From: a virus
Lineage: Duplodnaviria > Caudoviricetes
Strand: one strand, 5' to 3'
IMG/VR virus record: IMGVR_UViG_3300020045_003800
Span: 1-34,762 of that record
DNA: 34,762 bases
In this document: positions 8,118 to 17,099 of the stretch, piece after piece
Layout of the letters: every line of letters begins with the position of its first letter
Numbering within the stretch: position 1 is the first letter of the stretch
The notes under the pieces: model-generated
The model's database searches: none
What the model saw: the letters and a program-made list of their open reading frames with translations, nothing else
What the model was told of the DNA's origin: nothing
Translations under genes and position numbers: made by a program

Positions 8118-10190
8118 TTAGTGTTGCGGTGGATTCATATTGACTGGTGGCGGCGGTTGATACGGCTGAATCGCTGGCACAATCGGTTGATTACCTAAAA
8201 CGTCTGGTGACGTTAAAGTTTGTTGAAGCGTTTGCATCACAATCGCTTGTATTTGTTCAGGATTCATTGCGCCTTGCGTGACTTTCAATCTGTCCGTTTC
8301 AGCTTTGAATCCGTCAATCTTGAGTTTTTCAGCGTCAATCATGTGGTCAAGCTGCAACGCCTGTAATTGTTGTGAGGCTTGAGATAATTGCGCTTGAGTT
8401 GCCTGTAGCTGTTGCTGCATTCCCTGCATTTGTTGCTGAAATTGCATTTTCATTTGTTCAGCTTGTGGATTTTTACCTTTGATTTCTGGCGGTAACATCG
8501 TCGCTAATCGTTCGGCAATTTCTTCGCTGCCATTCCAATCAAGATTTTTCACCAACAAATCACTAATCAGCCCAGCGGCTTGTGGCATAACGCGAATCAG
8601 TTCAAGCATTTGATTTGCAGCTTCTTCGCGCTTAGTGCTAAATGACGCGCCGCATTCAACAGTTACGTCGTACTTGCCAATCGTTAAATCAAATACTTTT
8701 TCGACACCTTTTGGCGTTTGCGTTGGTGTACCCAGCGGAACGTTTTGCGGCTTTTTGTCTTCGCCCAAAATTCGCACGATACGTTGCCCGTTGTACACGC
8801 TAGGGATTAGGTCAACTAAGATTCTGCCCGTGTGACGAATCGCCCGTGACAAATTGTCGATGAAATGAAACGTGCTTGTGTCGCTCTCGCGTTGACGCGC
8901 CAAGATTGCTTTGCCGCTGGTTTCATTGCCTTGCGCTCCCATGCCAGCATCGAAAATTCCGATGATTGCTTTAATATCATCACTGGCATTCATAGCCTCT
9001 TGAATCATGCCTACGGGCGGTTGTGGGAACGCTTGACGCATAGGCGGCTCAAGACCATCGTACTCAATAAACGGATGATTCTTAGTGTTAGCCGTATTCC
9101 ATTTTTCTACGTCAGAATTGAACGCGCCTTTTTTGCCAACCCAAGGCGTACGAGGTGCTAACGCCATCATTTCAGTCGCATTGGTACGCCAAAAGTTGAA
9201 CTGTCTTTGACTGTCTTTCGCGTCACGAATGAGCGAGCGAAAATAACGTTTTCCTTCAACGTTCACTTCGTCACCGTACACGGGAACAATCGGAATATAA
9301 CGACCTGCCCATTCCTTCTTTTCGAGAACTTCGGCACCCGTCAAAATGTACTGCGTGACTTTGTTTGATTTGGTTTCACGTTGGTTAGTGACGGTGATAC
9401 CAACTGCATCGAACATATCTTTGTGTTCGTTATAAACGTCTTCATCCAATACCATGCCGTCCGATAATTGCATGATTTGGCGCATGGATGATTCGCGTTT
9501 CCAATACTCGCAAACCAATACCTTTTCGCCATCAGTCCACGGGTGAGCCAAATTCTCGTAAGAATCCCAGTTGACTGCTTCTTTATCCTGCCAACGTGCT
9601 TCAAATTCGTCTTTAGTGACTAATTCCGTCACAAAGGCGCAATTCCAATCGCTTGAATCCGCGCTATCGCTGTCAGGGTCACCATAAACGCTAAATGGAT
9701 TCGCTACGCGCTCAATACATAAATCCATGTCGAATGTGTCGTCGTGTGCGTAGTCGATATTAACGCGCCAATAACCAAACCCCATCGTTACAGCGTCTTC
9801 GAGCGCAGTATCGTAGGCAATGTCGGCGTTTGACGTGTATTCGATGTTGCGAATCAATCCGTTTAGAATTTCTGCCGTGTCAGTATCTGAATTAGAATCG
9901 ACAGGGTGACAATGAATCGACGGTTTGTTTTGACGCGAATCATTCACGACTTGACGAATATAAGCGGGCAGCTTATTGATTGTTAAGCACGGTCTGCCGT
10001 CGATTTCACGCTGACGTTTAACTGAATCGTCCCATTGTTCGCTAAGACGGGCGAAACGTTTATCTTCAAGTCCTTCACGGCGATTGTCGGCTTCAACCTC
10101 AGCCGCACGCTCAAAGAGTTCTTTGGCATCTTCGAGAATATCGTCATCCGAATTTTCGTCTTCGTTTTCTTTGATTGCGATGTTTAACAT
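8118..10190 (-). CDS. Portal protein (P22-like)
   Basis: 690 aa; GRPCLTINKL, GFGYWRV, IPIVPVYG, SGKAILARQ, GKYDVTV motifs; Gln-rich coiled-coil barrel. Confidence 0.93.
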   Translation of the reverse strand: MLNIAIKENEDENSDDDILEDAKELFERAAEVEADNRREGLEDKRFARLSEQWDDSVKRQREIDGRPCLTINKLPAYIRQVVNDSRQNKPSIHCHPVDSNSDTDTAEILNGLIRNIEYTSNADIAYDTALEDAVTMGFGYWRVNIDYAHDDTFDMDLCIERVANPFSVYGDPDSDSADSSDWNCAFVTELVTKDEFEARWQDKEAVNWDSYENLAHPWTDGEKVLVCEYWKRESSMRQIMQLSDGMVLDEDVYNEHKDMFDAVGITVTNQRETKSNKVTQYILTGAEVLEKKEWAGRYIPIVPVYGDEVNVEGKRYFRSLIRDAKDSQRQFNFWRTNATEMMALAPRTPWVGKKGAFNSDVEKWNTANTKNHPFIEYDGLEPPMRQAFPQPPVGMIQEAMNASDDIKAIIGIFDAGMGAQGNETSGKAILARQRESDTSTFHFIDNLSRAIRHTGRILVDLIPSVYNGQRIVRILGEDKKPQNVPLGTPTQTPKGVEKVFDLTIGKYDVTVECGASFSTKREEAANQMLELIRVMPQAAGLISDLLVKNLDWNGSEEIAERLATMLPPEIKGKNPQAEQMKMQFQQQMQGMQQQLQATQAQLSQASQQLQALQLDHMIDAEKLKIDGFKAETDRLKVTQGAMNPEQIQAIVMQTLQQTLTSPDVLGNQPIVPAIQPYQPPPPVNMNPPQH

Positions 10191-10212
10191 CTTAAATCCT
10201 TAAAGGAACTTG

Positions 10213-10227
10213 CTGTCATCACGACAG
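10213..10227 (-). promoter_or_regulatory. Late-gene leader hairpin (portal)
   Basis: CTGTC-GTGAT-GACAG, 22 nt before the ATG. Confidence 0.75.
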
Positions 10228-10241
10228 TAATTTTTTAAAAC

Positions 10242-11657
10242 TTAACCCATCCATCCACCCGCACCATGCGAGTTATGTTGTGATTTCTTTTTTGGTTCAG
10301 TTGATGCAATGTCAATGCCCGACATAATCAGATAGCGGCTTGCGTCCATAATGTGGTCGTTTTCTTTTACAATCGCGCCCTTTTCGTCACGTCGATAAAG
10401 CCTAAATTCACTTAACCAATTCGACATCGATTTAAACACTTTGAGCTTGCCGCTCGAAAGCCGTTGCCATACTGCATAAAGCCCCGCTTCTCTCGCATTC
10501 ATAGCAGGTTGTAATTGCAAACCCATTTGCGTGTATTGTTCATAAATCTGCATCCCGTCGATTTGACTGCGACCTCGTGACGCTGGGTCGATAACGCCAG
10601 GAATCCATTCACCACGACTTTTAATCGATTCCGCATGGATAACTAATTCGGCTTGACCACGATAATGTTCGCTAAATAAATAAACTGTGTCCGTGTCACG
10701 GTCGATTGCTCCCCACACAACAGCGGTCCTATTCCAACCAACGTCCATGCCGTAGACTTTCGCCCAATGTTCAGGAATCGGGAAGTCGTCCACAACAATG
10801 TCAGATTCGGGAACAGGATAAATTGCACCCGCGCCTAATTGCGGCACACCTTTTGACCTTGCATCACGTTGGAACGGTGGAATCGAATCCCATAGCTCTT
10901 TTTTAACTTTGTCATCTAAATGCGGCACGTCGTCCCATGTTGCCATCACGACAAACTTTGAGCTGCTCGATTCGCCGTCTAATTTTCCGTTCGGCAAAAA
11001 CGACAACACGACTTGCGACATCCCCCGCAACGGCGTAAATGTCAGCATCAACATTCCATTATTCGTCATCGTTCGCAAAAGACATTCTGTGTACACGTCC
11101 ATCGGTGGCTCTTCGTCAAGTAAGATAATATCCTGCTCACTACCCTGGAATGATTCGCGCCCTTGCTCATACGATTTAAACGCTAAAACCGACGTGCCGC
11201 CTGATTTGTGTTTGATATAAACAGAATCAATTGCTTCGCTCACGCCCGCTTTGCGTGTTGTTTTAATGATGCTATCGAAAGGAATAACACCCGTTCCGAA
11301 ATGACCAACAACGCCTAACGCCTTTTCTTGTAAGATTTCTCGCACAGTTTGATTTGTATCGCCAGCCGCCCATGCTTTGATTGCCTTATCGAATCGCCGA
11401 CCATTCCACCATTCGGGATAATCGCCCGTTAAGTGCATCGTCAACTCGTATACACCAACCGATTCAGTCTTACCAACCCGATTCGCCGCTAACATTAAGC
11501 GTTCTCGAAAAGATTTACCTGCTTCAAAGAAGGATAAATGCTTTGGATAAAGCTCACGACGTAACGCGCCATCGTCAGGGAAATAGGTTTTGATTTTGCG
11601 CCGACTAATCCGCAAGGCTTTTTCTTCTAATGCGGCTATCAGTTCAGAGTCTGACAT
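10242..11657 (-). CDS. terL: Terminase large subunit (P22-like)
   Basis: Walker A AANRVGKT, Walker B ILLDEEPP, LTFTP coupling motif, nuclease GMDVGW and NDHIMDASRY. Confidence 0.95.
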   Translation of the reverse strand: MSDSELIAALEEKALRISRRKIKTYFPDDGALRRELYPKHLSFFEAGKSFRERLMLAANRVGKTESVGVYELTMHLTGDYPEWWNGRRFDKAIKAWAAGDTNQTVREILQEKALGVVGHFGTGVIPFDSIIKTTRKAGVSEAIDSVYIKHKSGGTSVLAFKSYEQGRESFQGSEQDIILLDEEPPMDVYTECLLRTMTNNGMLMLTFTPLRGMSQVVLSFLPNGKLDGESSSSKFVVMATWDDVPHLDDKVKKELWDSIPPFQRDARSKGVPQLGAGAIYPVPESDIVVDDFPIPEHWAKVYGMDVGWNRTAVVWGAIDRDTDTVYLFSEHYRGQAELVIHAESIKSRGEWIPGVIDPASRGRSQIDGMQIYEQYTQMGLQLQPAMNAREAGLYAVWQRLSSGKLKVFKSMSNWLSEFRLYRRDEKGAIVKENDHIMDASRYLIMSGIDIASTEPKKKSQHNSHGAGGWMG

Positions 11658-12057
11658 TTGTTTTTTCCAACAAGTCTGCGATTTTTAATTCAAGTTCTTC
11701 GTCGCTTAACGTATCGAGTTTGATTTCTCCCGATACTTCTAATTTTGTAATAAAATCGCCTTGTGCTTTACCAAGCGAATCAGCCGCTTTAAGTTGTCTA
11801 TCATTAACATCGACTTCACCGCGCATAACGCTCGTCCAAAACTCTTGACGTTCAGTCGCTGTAGCAATGCGTTTGTTTTCTAAAATAGCTGCTAATTCCA
11901 CGATATATTCTGCAATCCTAGGTTTTCCTAGGTTTTCAAGCCCGATTGCTTCTGCTGTTTTGTTGCTATAACCCGCTAAACGCGCTGATTCCGTAGCATT
12001 ACCGTTACCTGCATAAAACTGACAGAATGCTTTTTGTTTAGGTGTTAAGTCAGCCAT
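11644..12057 (-). CDS. terS: Terminase small subunit
   Basis: LTPKQKAFC..Y...GNATESARLAGYS.KTA..IG.ENL.KP HTH signature; upstream of terL. Confidence 0.93.
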   Translation of the reverse strand: MADLTPKQKAFCQFYAGNGNATESARLAGYSNKTAEAIGLENLGKPRIAEYIVELAAILENKRIATATERQEFWTSVMRGEVDVNDRQLKAADSLGKAQGDFITKLEVSGEIKLDTLSDEELELKIADLLEKTNVRL

Positions 12058-12060
12058 TAG

Positions 12061-12432
12061 CTAACCTTCCCATCGTGCAGCGTTTCCACTTCTAACATCA
12101 ATGTGCGTGAAGTTTTTATACTTACCCAGTCCTTTTGCGCGTTGATTAAAGTGTGACGCAATGTAATCGTGAACGATGTGAGCATTAACCCCTGCAACTT
12201 TAATATCAGCCGCGTTACCTAGGACGTGTTGGGAATGTTTTGCGCCATTAACCTTAGGTGAACTATTGTGCTTTTGGCAGCGATAGCCGCTAACAATCAC
12301 AATTGATTTGCCGAGTTTTTCTCGAATCGCCTGTAATAATTCAATCAAATGCGGGTTCATACCATGCTCAGGCAATTTACCGCAGCACTTGCACTTGAAT
12401 TCATTGCTGTCGAAATTTTCTGATAATTTCAT
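12061..12432 (-). CDS. Endolysin, peptidase M15 family
   Basis: LSENF...EFKCKCCG, VSGYRC..HN, SQHVLGNAAD, FTHIDVR zinc-peptidase motifs. Confidence 0.92.
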   Translation of the reverse strand: MKLSENFDSNEFKCKCCGKLPEHGMNPHLIELLQAIREKLGKSIVIVSGYRCQKHNSSPKVNGAKHSQHVLGNAADIKVAGVNAHIVHDYIASHFNQRAKGLGKYKNFTHIDVRSGNAARWEG

Positions 12433-12680
12433 TTCATTCTCATTTCAAATTGAGCTGACAAAGTGCGAATTAAATCGCCGACTTTTTCAAACGTTTCAAT
12501 CCATTGTTTGCGCTCATTAGCGTGTGATTCGCTTTGTTTTTGTATTTGTGAAACAAACGAATCATGTAATTGTTTTTGTGAATTGATGAACGTAAAAACA
12601 AGATAAAACAGGGCGAGAATAACTAACCCTGCTAATCCGAATTGCGCGAATGCGCTAATAGTTGAATCTGGTGCTGGCAT
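12429..12680 (-). CDS. Putative holin
   Basis: One hydrophobic helix (FGLAGLVILALFYLVFTFI) plus a charged coiled tail; ATGA overlap with endolysin; likely ATG at 12680. Confidence 0.6.
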   Translation of the reverse strand: MPAPDSTISAFAQFGLAGLVILALFYLVFTFINSQKQLHDSFVSQIQKQSESHANERKQWIETFEKVGDLIRTLSAQFEMRMK

Positions 12681-12686
12681 AACTTG

Positions 12687-12701
12687 ACATCGTCTCGACG
12701 T
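12687..12701 (-). promoter_or_regulatory. Late-gene leader hairpin (holin, first late gene)
   Basis: ACGTC-GAGAC-GATGT with one G.U pair, 6 nt before the ATG. Confidence 0.65.
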
Positions 12702-12772
12702 GAATTTATGGCAACAATACATGAAAAAAAAACTCATGTTCACTAGCAACGTGAAAATAATTAACTGCTCAA

Positions 12773-12813
12773 TAGAAAATAGTTGTTGATTTTAGAAAAT
12801 AGTTGTTTATAAT
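12773..12813 (+). promoter_or_regulatory. Sigma70-type promoter of accessory operon overlapped by 15-bp direct repeats
   Basis: TTGATT(12786)-16 bp-TATAAT(12808); TAGAAAATAGTTGTT at 12773-12787 and 12793-12807. Confidence 0.75.
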
Positions 12814-12858
12814 GAGTCAACTTTTACAGAAACTCAAAACAAAAAAACGGTGAGCGAC

Positions 12859-13200
12859 ATGACAACAATTGAAGACGCTAAAAAGGCATTGAAAATCGCA
12901 AAAAAAGAAAAAACCGTTTCAGCCTTTAAAAAAGCAATTGCATTGCACGAATCTTTCAATGCTGGCGTTGAATACAGCGAACAAATTGTTGTTCCTTACA
13001 TCAAAGACGGAAAAGGCTTTTGGTTTTTCGCTAATTGGAATGAAATTATTTTGACTGACGATACAAAAGCATCGGAAAAAAAAGACAAAAAAGCAGTTAT
13101 GACACGCGCTTGGGTTATCGCAAAAGCAGCGGCTGCAAAATTCGGCGGCAAAGCAAGTCAGTATCTTTCGGGTGCTTTAAAAGCAGCTTGGGCAGAATAA
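12859..13200 (+). CDS. Hypothetical protein (accessory operon gene 1)
   Basis: Lys/Ala-rich ORF with SD; C-terminal MTRAWVIAK....FGG...YLS.ALK.AW helical motif. Confidence 0.8.
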   Translation: MTTIEDAKKALKIAKKEKTVSAFKKAIALHESFNAGVEYSEQIVVPYIKDGKGFWFFANWNEIILTDDTKASEKKDKKAVMTRAWVIAKAAAAKFGGKASQYLSGALKAAWAE

Positions 13201-13254
13201 TTTTAGGGTTTTGCAAAGTCCCTATAAAACTTTGCAAATTTCGAGGATAGGAAA

Positions 13255-13704
13255 ATGTATGCGATTTTAGATAAAGGTTTCGCAGTAGAAGTGGCTGGAG
13301 ATTGTATTGAGGGCGATACAGTGCAAGGCTGGCGTTTTGATATGGACATGAGCAAAGACCTAGGGCGAGGTGAAAAAATCTTTTTTACAGGAAAAGTCGT
13401 TGATATATTGGACTGTGTGTATGAAGGATCTTTGATTGAGACTGGCGACCACCTTTATGCAGCCGACACGGAAGACAGAGGGGTGTGGTTAAAAATTGTC
13501 GAACGGGAAGATATTATGGGGCGGCGCGTTTGGTCATGTGAATTTCAGTGCTTCAATAATGAAACTGGCGAGGAAGACGGTGAAATTCATGTCGCCAACA
13601 TCGACCAAGACTTTAATTTTTGGACTGCACCCAACAGCTTAGACATCCCACGCCCCGTGATAAAAAGAGTTATCGATACCTACAGGGTGCAGCATGGAAT
13701 CTAA
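13255..13704 (+). CDS. Acidic hypothetical protein (accessory operon gene 2)
   Basis: 149 aa, strong SD (GAGGATAGGA), Asp/Glu-rich. Confidence 0.8.
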   Translation: MYAILDKGFAVEVAGDCIEGDTVQGWRFDMDMSKDLGRGEKIFFTGKVVDILDCVYEGSLIETGDHLYAADTEDRGVWLKIVEREDIMGRRVWSCEFQCFNNETGEEDGEIHVANIDQDFNFWTAPNSLDIPRPVIKRVIDTYRVQHGI

Positions 13705-13855
13705 AAAAACGCTGCTCGAAACTGTGCGCGAGTATGGGATTTTTGATGTTAAAAGTGTCATTGAAGCCACTGGAAAATCACGACAAACACTGCAAAACTG
13801 GTTAAAAACGGATGAAAAACTTTTGCGACTTGTACTAAAAGGAATGCAAAAGTAA
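13694..13855 (+). CDS. Small HTH DNA-binding protein (53 aa)
   Basis: Manual translation MESKKTLLETVREYGIFDVKSVIEATGKSRQTLQNWLKTDEKLLRLVLKGMQK*; V..ATGKSRQTLQNW is an HTH pattern; below the ORF-track cutoff. Confidence 0.75.
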   Translation: MESKKTLLETVREYGIFDVKSVIEATGKSRQTLQNWLKTDEKLLRLVLKGMQK

Positions 13856-13859
13856 CACC

Positions 13860-13887
13860 AAGCCGCTCTAATCAGCGGCTTTTTTTT
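13860..13887 (+). terminator. Terminator of accessory operon
   Basis: AAGCCGCT-CTAATC-AGCGGCTT followed by a T tract. Confidence 0.85.
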
Positions 13888-14030
13888 CGGCAATTCGGCG
13901 AGATATTGATGCGAACGTATGGATATTGTCCCGCATATTTTTTCGATATTTCAGTCAGCACAACATTTATTTCATCTTTTTTAATAGACGTTTTTTCAAG
14001 CGTTGCTTTCAAGTCATCAATCAAGCTCAT
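13872..14030 (-). CDS. 52 aa protein resembling the N-terminal half of Mor/C activators
   Basis: Manual translation MSLIDDLKATLEKTSIKKDEINVVLTEISKKYAGQYPYVRINISPNCRKKSR*; ATGA-coupled to the upstream gene. Confidence 0.5.
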   Translation of the reverse strand: MSLIDDLKATLEKTSIKKDEINVVLTEISKKYAGQYPYVRINISPNCRKKSR

Positions 14031-14323
14031 CTGCCACCCACACAAACCAACTCCCCATTATTAAACGCTGCTCGAATGAACTTTAAAAAGTAATGTGTTT
14101 GATTAAACTCTATTGGGTCAGTGTGCAATAAAGCGTGACAAATCCGACATAATGGAATCGTCATTGCATCCGTGTCCTTTGTTCCCATACCGCCATTGCC
14201 AATTGAGATTAGATGATGTGCGTCAGAAGGTGAGGGGTGTCCGCACGCGATACAGGATTTTGAGCGTACCCAATCAAGATGCTTTTGATTTCGGTAACTT
14301 TTGATTTTTTTTAATTCAAACAT
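14027..14323 (-). CDS. DUF968-like zinc-binding HNH-type protein (nin region)
   Basis: CIACG...DAHH...G.GGMGTK..D..TIPLCRICH. Confidence 0.8.
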   Translation of the reverse strand: MFELKKIKSYRNQKHLDWVRSKSCIACGHPSPSDAHHLISIGNGGMGTKDTDAMTIPLCRICHALLHTDPIEFNQTHYFLKFIRAAFNNGELVCVGGR

Positions 14324-14711
14324 CGTGATAATTTTCGTTAGGTGACGGGATATAAAGCCCTAGTGATTCTGTGCAAAATTGCTGAATATCTGAAATGTAT
14401 TGCTCAAACTCGATGGTTGATAACTTAGTGGTACTTTTAACTATCTTTCGTGAATGCGTGCCAATCGTTACGGTTTCATACGGCAATAACACACTGGCAA
14501 ACAGCTCGTGTGCTTCGTGTGGGTGGTAGCCCGTATATTCACTCACTGTTTTAATGACCACACCCCAATAAAAATCGTTCTGCCTGTTGGTTCGTGATTT
14601 CTTGAATGGCAAAATATCAACAGTTTGAATCGGTTTTTTACTCAAATCTATGTTCAAAATATGTTCCACACAGGCGGTTTTTGCTTTCTGACAGTTCAAT
14701 GTGTACCTCAT
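14316..14711 (-). CDS. NinB-like recombination protein
   Basis: KSRTNRQNDFYWG and STTKLSTIEFEQYI...LYIPSP motifs; nin-region position. Confidence 0.75.
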   Translation of the reverse strand: MRYTLNCQKAKTACVEHILNIDLSKKPIQTVDILPFKKSRTNRQNDFYWGVVIKTVSEYTGYHPHEAHELFASVLLPYETVTIGTHSRKIVKSTTKLSTIEFEQYISDIQQFCTESLGLYIPSPNENYHDV

Positions 14712-15046
14712 GAATTTAGATACTCAATGATAGATTTTTTAGCGTCCTCGAACCCAAAGCACACCACCGCCTTATATCCATTGTTTGATAACCTTCCCAG
14801 CCAAATTGTTTGAACGTCTGACAACCTGCCTTTGGGTGCTTTCATTTCAATAAACATTCCATTGAACCCACCCCGCGCAATCGGTAGCATTAAATCTGGC
14901 ACACCTGCTTTCACGCCTTCGCGCTTTAACTTCGCAGCAACCGCAACGTGTCTGTGTCCACCGTTTGGCACTGAGAACAAACAATTAAGCTCAGGGATTA
15001 AACTTGCCCACTTGATTAACAAGCATTGCTCGATATGTTCACTCAT
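14708..15046 (-). CDS. VRR-NUC domain nuclease
   Basis: SEH.EQ, PNGGHR, EGVKAGVPDL, FIEMKAPKGRLS..Q..W. Confidence 0.9.
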   Translation of the reverse strand: MSEHIEQCLLIKWASLIPELNCLFSVPNGGHRHVAVAAKLKREGVKAGVPDLMLPIARGGFNGMFIEMKAPKGRLSDVQTIWLGRLSNNGYKAVVCFGFEDAKKSIIEYLNS

Positions 15047-15270
15047 TTTTTCCCCATTACTTTTGATTCATTCATTCGACGCGCCACCACTGCCTCCGCT
15101 ATTCGCTTACGACACATGATTAAATGCGCTTGTTGATCTGCGTCACGCTCTGATAATCCACCGTCAAATTGCATAATTGCCGCCCGTTCGTTTTGTTCGT
15201 AATAGTCCTCGTTTTGATGTTCAATCGGTTTGTAATGCTCAGGCATCAACCAAACCCGTTGGAATTTCAA
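15043..15270 (-). CDS. Hypothetical protein
   Basis: ERAAIMQFDGGLSERDAD motif, frequent in phage replication regions. Confidence 0.7.
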   Translation of the reverse strand: MKFQRVWLMPEHYKPIEHQNEDYYEQNERAAIMQFDGGLSERDADQQAHLIMCRKRIAEAVVARRMNESKVMGKK

Positions 15271-16066
15271 AACTACTCAAATGTGCGTCTAGGACGGCTT
15301 TTAATTCTTTAGGCGACAAACTCTCAGCCAATTTGTTAAACGCCGCGTCAATGACAAAATTACGCTTGTCTTGCATGGATTTGAGCTTTTCATCCGCTGC
15401 TTTTTTATCTTTCTCCATTTCAGCATCTAAAAATGAAATTAACTCACGAGCGCGAGCCGCATTCTTTTTGCCAATATCACCATCAATTTTTCCCGTCAGT
15501 AATCCAACAATGCCACTCGTTGCGGGTTTAGGTGCTGACAACATAATGTTTTGAGCTGATTGCGGTGATAAACGTCCTTGTGAAACCGCGCGATCCGTTA
15601 CGGTTTGATACAAATGCTTATCCGTGCCATGACTAAAGAACCACTTAATCGGTTTATTTTGCACAACGTTTTCTTGAGTAATTCTTTCATAGGCGGCTTT
15701 GAATCCCATTCGCGCCCCAATTCTGTCGGTTTTATACAAATCACTCACCAAACACCATGCCGCCATTGATTCCTCACTGACTACTGCACATGAATCGTTA
15801 TCCTTTGGGATTTCTGCCCACATTTCATCCGCACTAGGACGAGTATTCCCCACGTTAAGCAGTTTGATAATGTCCGACACTTGCGGCGCAAATTGCGCGA
15901 TTGCCATGTGTTTATTCACAGCTTGTTTAATAATCTCAAGTGGGTAAGGTGCAAGTAAGTTAAACATTGCTTTCATTGCCATATTTGAGAACTGGCGACC
16001 ACCCGCCATGATTTCATGTGCAACCGCCCATGTTTCGATAAACTCGTTAAATTCTTCGCGTTGCAT
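15239..16066 (-). CDS. Putative helicase loader/replication accessory protein
   Basis: Directly downstream of the initiator; N-terminal L..YPLE.IKQA..KH....FAP..SDII pattern; lambda P position. Confidence 0.55.
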   Translation of the reverse strand: MQREEFNEFIETWAVAHEIMAGGRQFSNMAMKAMFNLLAPYPLEIIKQAVNKHMAIAQFAPQVSDIIKLLNVGNTRPSADEMWAEIPKDNDSCAVVSEESMAAWCLVSDLYKTDRIGARMGFKAAYERITQENVVQNKPIKWFFSHGTDKHLYQTVTDRAVSQGRLSPQSAQNIMLSAPKPATSGIVGLLTGKIDGDIGKKNAARARELISFLDAEMEKDKKAADEKLKSMQDKRNFVIDAAFNKLAESLSPKELKAVLDAHLSSFEIPTGLVDA

Positions 16067-16068
16067 GA

Positions 16069-16992
16069 TTAAGCTCCAATTTGCATAAAGGCTTGAGTAG
16101 GTACAACGTAAGAATCGATTGCACCGAAATTAAAACCATCGTCATCGTCTAATGTGTAACGTGAGTAATCCGCTGGTGTTGATGATTTGTTGACTCGAGC
16201 CTTGTTAATTTTGGGTTTCATTTTTTCAATGTAATGCCCTAATCCTGTCCAATTGTTTTTGATTGCGTCAGCCATTGCAGCATTTGCATCCATCCCTGTG
16301 TTTGTTATTTCGATTAGGATTTGGAACTGCCCGTTCATTGCTGTTTGCGTATTAGCCACTCGTTTTTCTTTTCTAACTTCCATCCAATCGTGCCATAAGT
16401 TCATATCGATACCGTCAATGATTGAATCTTTGTTGATGCGGTTTTTTGAAATCAAATAAGCCAACGCAAAAGTGAAATCGAAGTCTGTTTTCCAGTTCCA
16501 TTTTTTAGCAGGTTTTTCCTCAGTAACTTTTGGTTCTGTGGGTGTGGCGTTCTCTTGTTTACTATCTGGTTTATTATTTGTGTTTATATCTGGTATAGGT
16601 GAGACATTTTGTCCAATGGCTGAGACATTTTGTCCAATGGCTGAGACATTTTGTCCAATGGTGTCATTGCTAGAATCATTTGAAGCTGACGCAAATTCCA
16701 TTGGTATCGTGTACCACTGCGTTCTGTCATATCCTTTTTGATTGTAGTTACCAATAACAACCACACCTGCAATCATTAGTTTCTGCAAATTACGCGATAT
16801 TGTTCGACGGTTCATATATGGGAACAATTTCTCAAACGCCGCCGCGCTGTTGTATGTCCAAAAAAAGCCATCGTGTTCATGCTTGCCATTCGCTTTATTT
16901 TTTTCGAGCCAATGACGCAAGTTGTAAAGGATTACCGCCGATTCAACGCCATATTTTTCAGCGTCTTTTGTATCAAAACTATGTGTTGCCAT
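16069..16992 (-). CDS. Replication initiator (lambda O-analogue)
   Basis: N-terminal wHTH-type (AEKYGV..AVIL...W..KN...WTYNS...FPY...TI.R...DRT.WY); internal iterons; C-terminal W.DW...RK.K helical domain; alternative start 17031. Confidence 0.8.
   Translation of the reverse strand: MATHSFDTKDAEKYGVESAVILYNLRHWLEKNKANGKHEHDGFFWTYNSAAAFEKLFPYMNRRTISRNLQKLMIAGVVVIGNYNQKGYDRTQWYTIPMEFASASNDSSNDTIGQNVSAIGQNVSAIGQNVSPIPDINTNNKPDSKQENATPTEPKVTEEKPAKKWNWKTDFDFTFALAYLISKNRINKDSIIDGIDMNLWHDWMEVRKEKRVANTQTAMNGQFQILIEITNTGMDANAAMADAIKNNWTGLGHYIEKMKPKINKARVNKSSTPADYSRYTLDDDDGFNFGAIDSYVVPTQAFMQIGA
16600..16661. repeat. Iterons / probable origin of replication
   Basis: Three tandem TGAGACATTTTGTCCAATGG(C) 21-mers, each containing GACA-N3-TGTC, next to an AT-rich stretch inside the initiator gene. 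Confidence 0.85.
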
Positions 16993-17054
16993 TTGTTGAC
17001 CTATAATTTGTTTATGTGGCACAATTGCCATGTAATTAAAAAAACCTTTTTACT

Positions 17055-17088
17055 AACCCGCTTAACTGCCAAGCCTAGCGGGTTTTTT
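17055..17088 (+). terminator. Antisense-oriented terminator between cro and initiator (oop-like)
   Basis: AACCCGCT-14 nt-AGCGGGTT-TTTT on + strand. Confidence 0.65.
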
Positions 17089-17099
17089 ATTGTCTAAAA

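Noticed and set aside
13639-13893. Frameshift extension of the Mor-like ORF at the A8 run into the 84 aa minus ORF
   Set aside because: The run is the terminator U tract, and the extension is antisense to a credible gene and shows no HTH.
16600-16661. 21-bp repeats as a CRISPR mini-array
   Set aside because: No spacers, in frame within the initiator; fits iterons.
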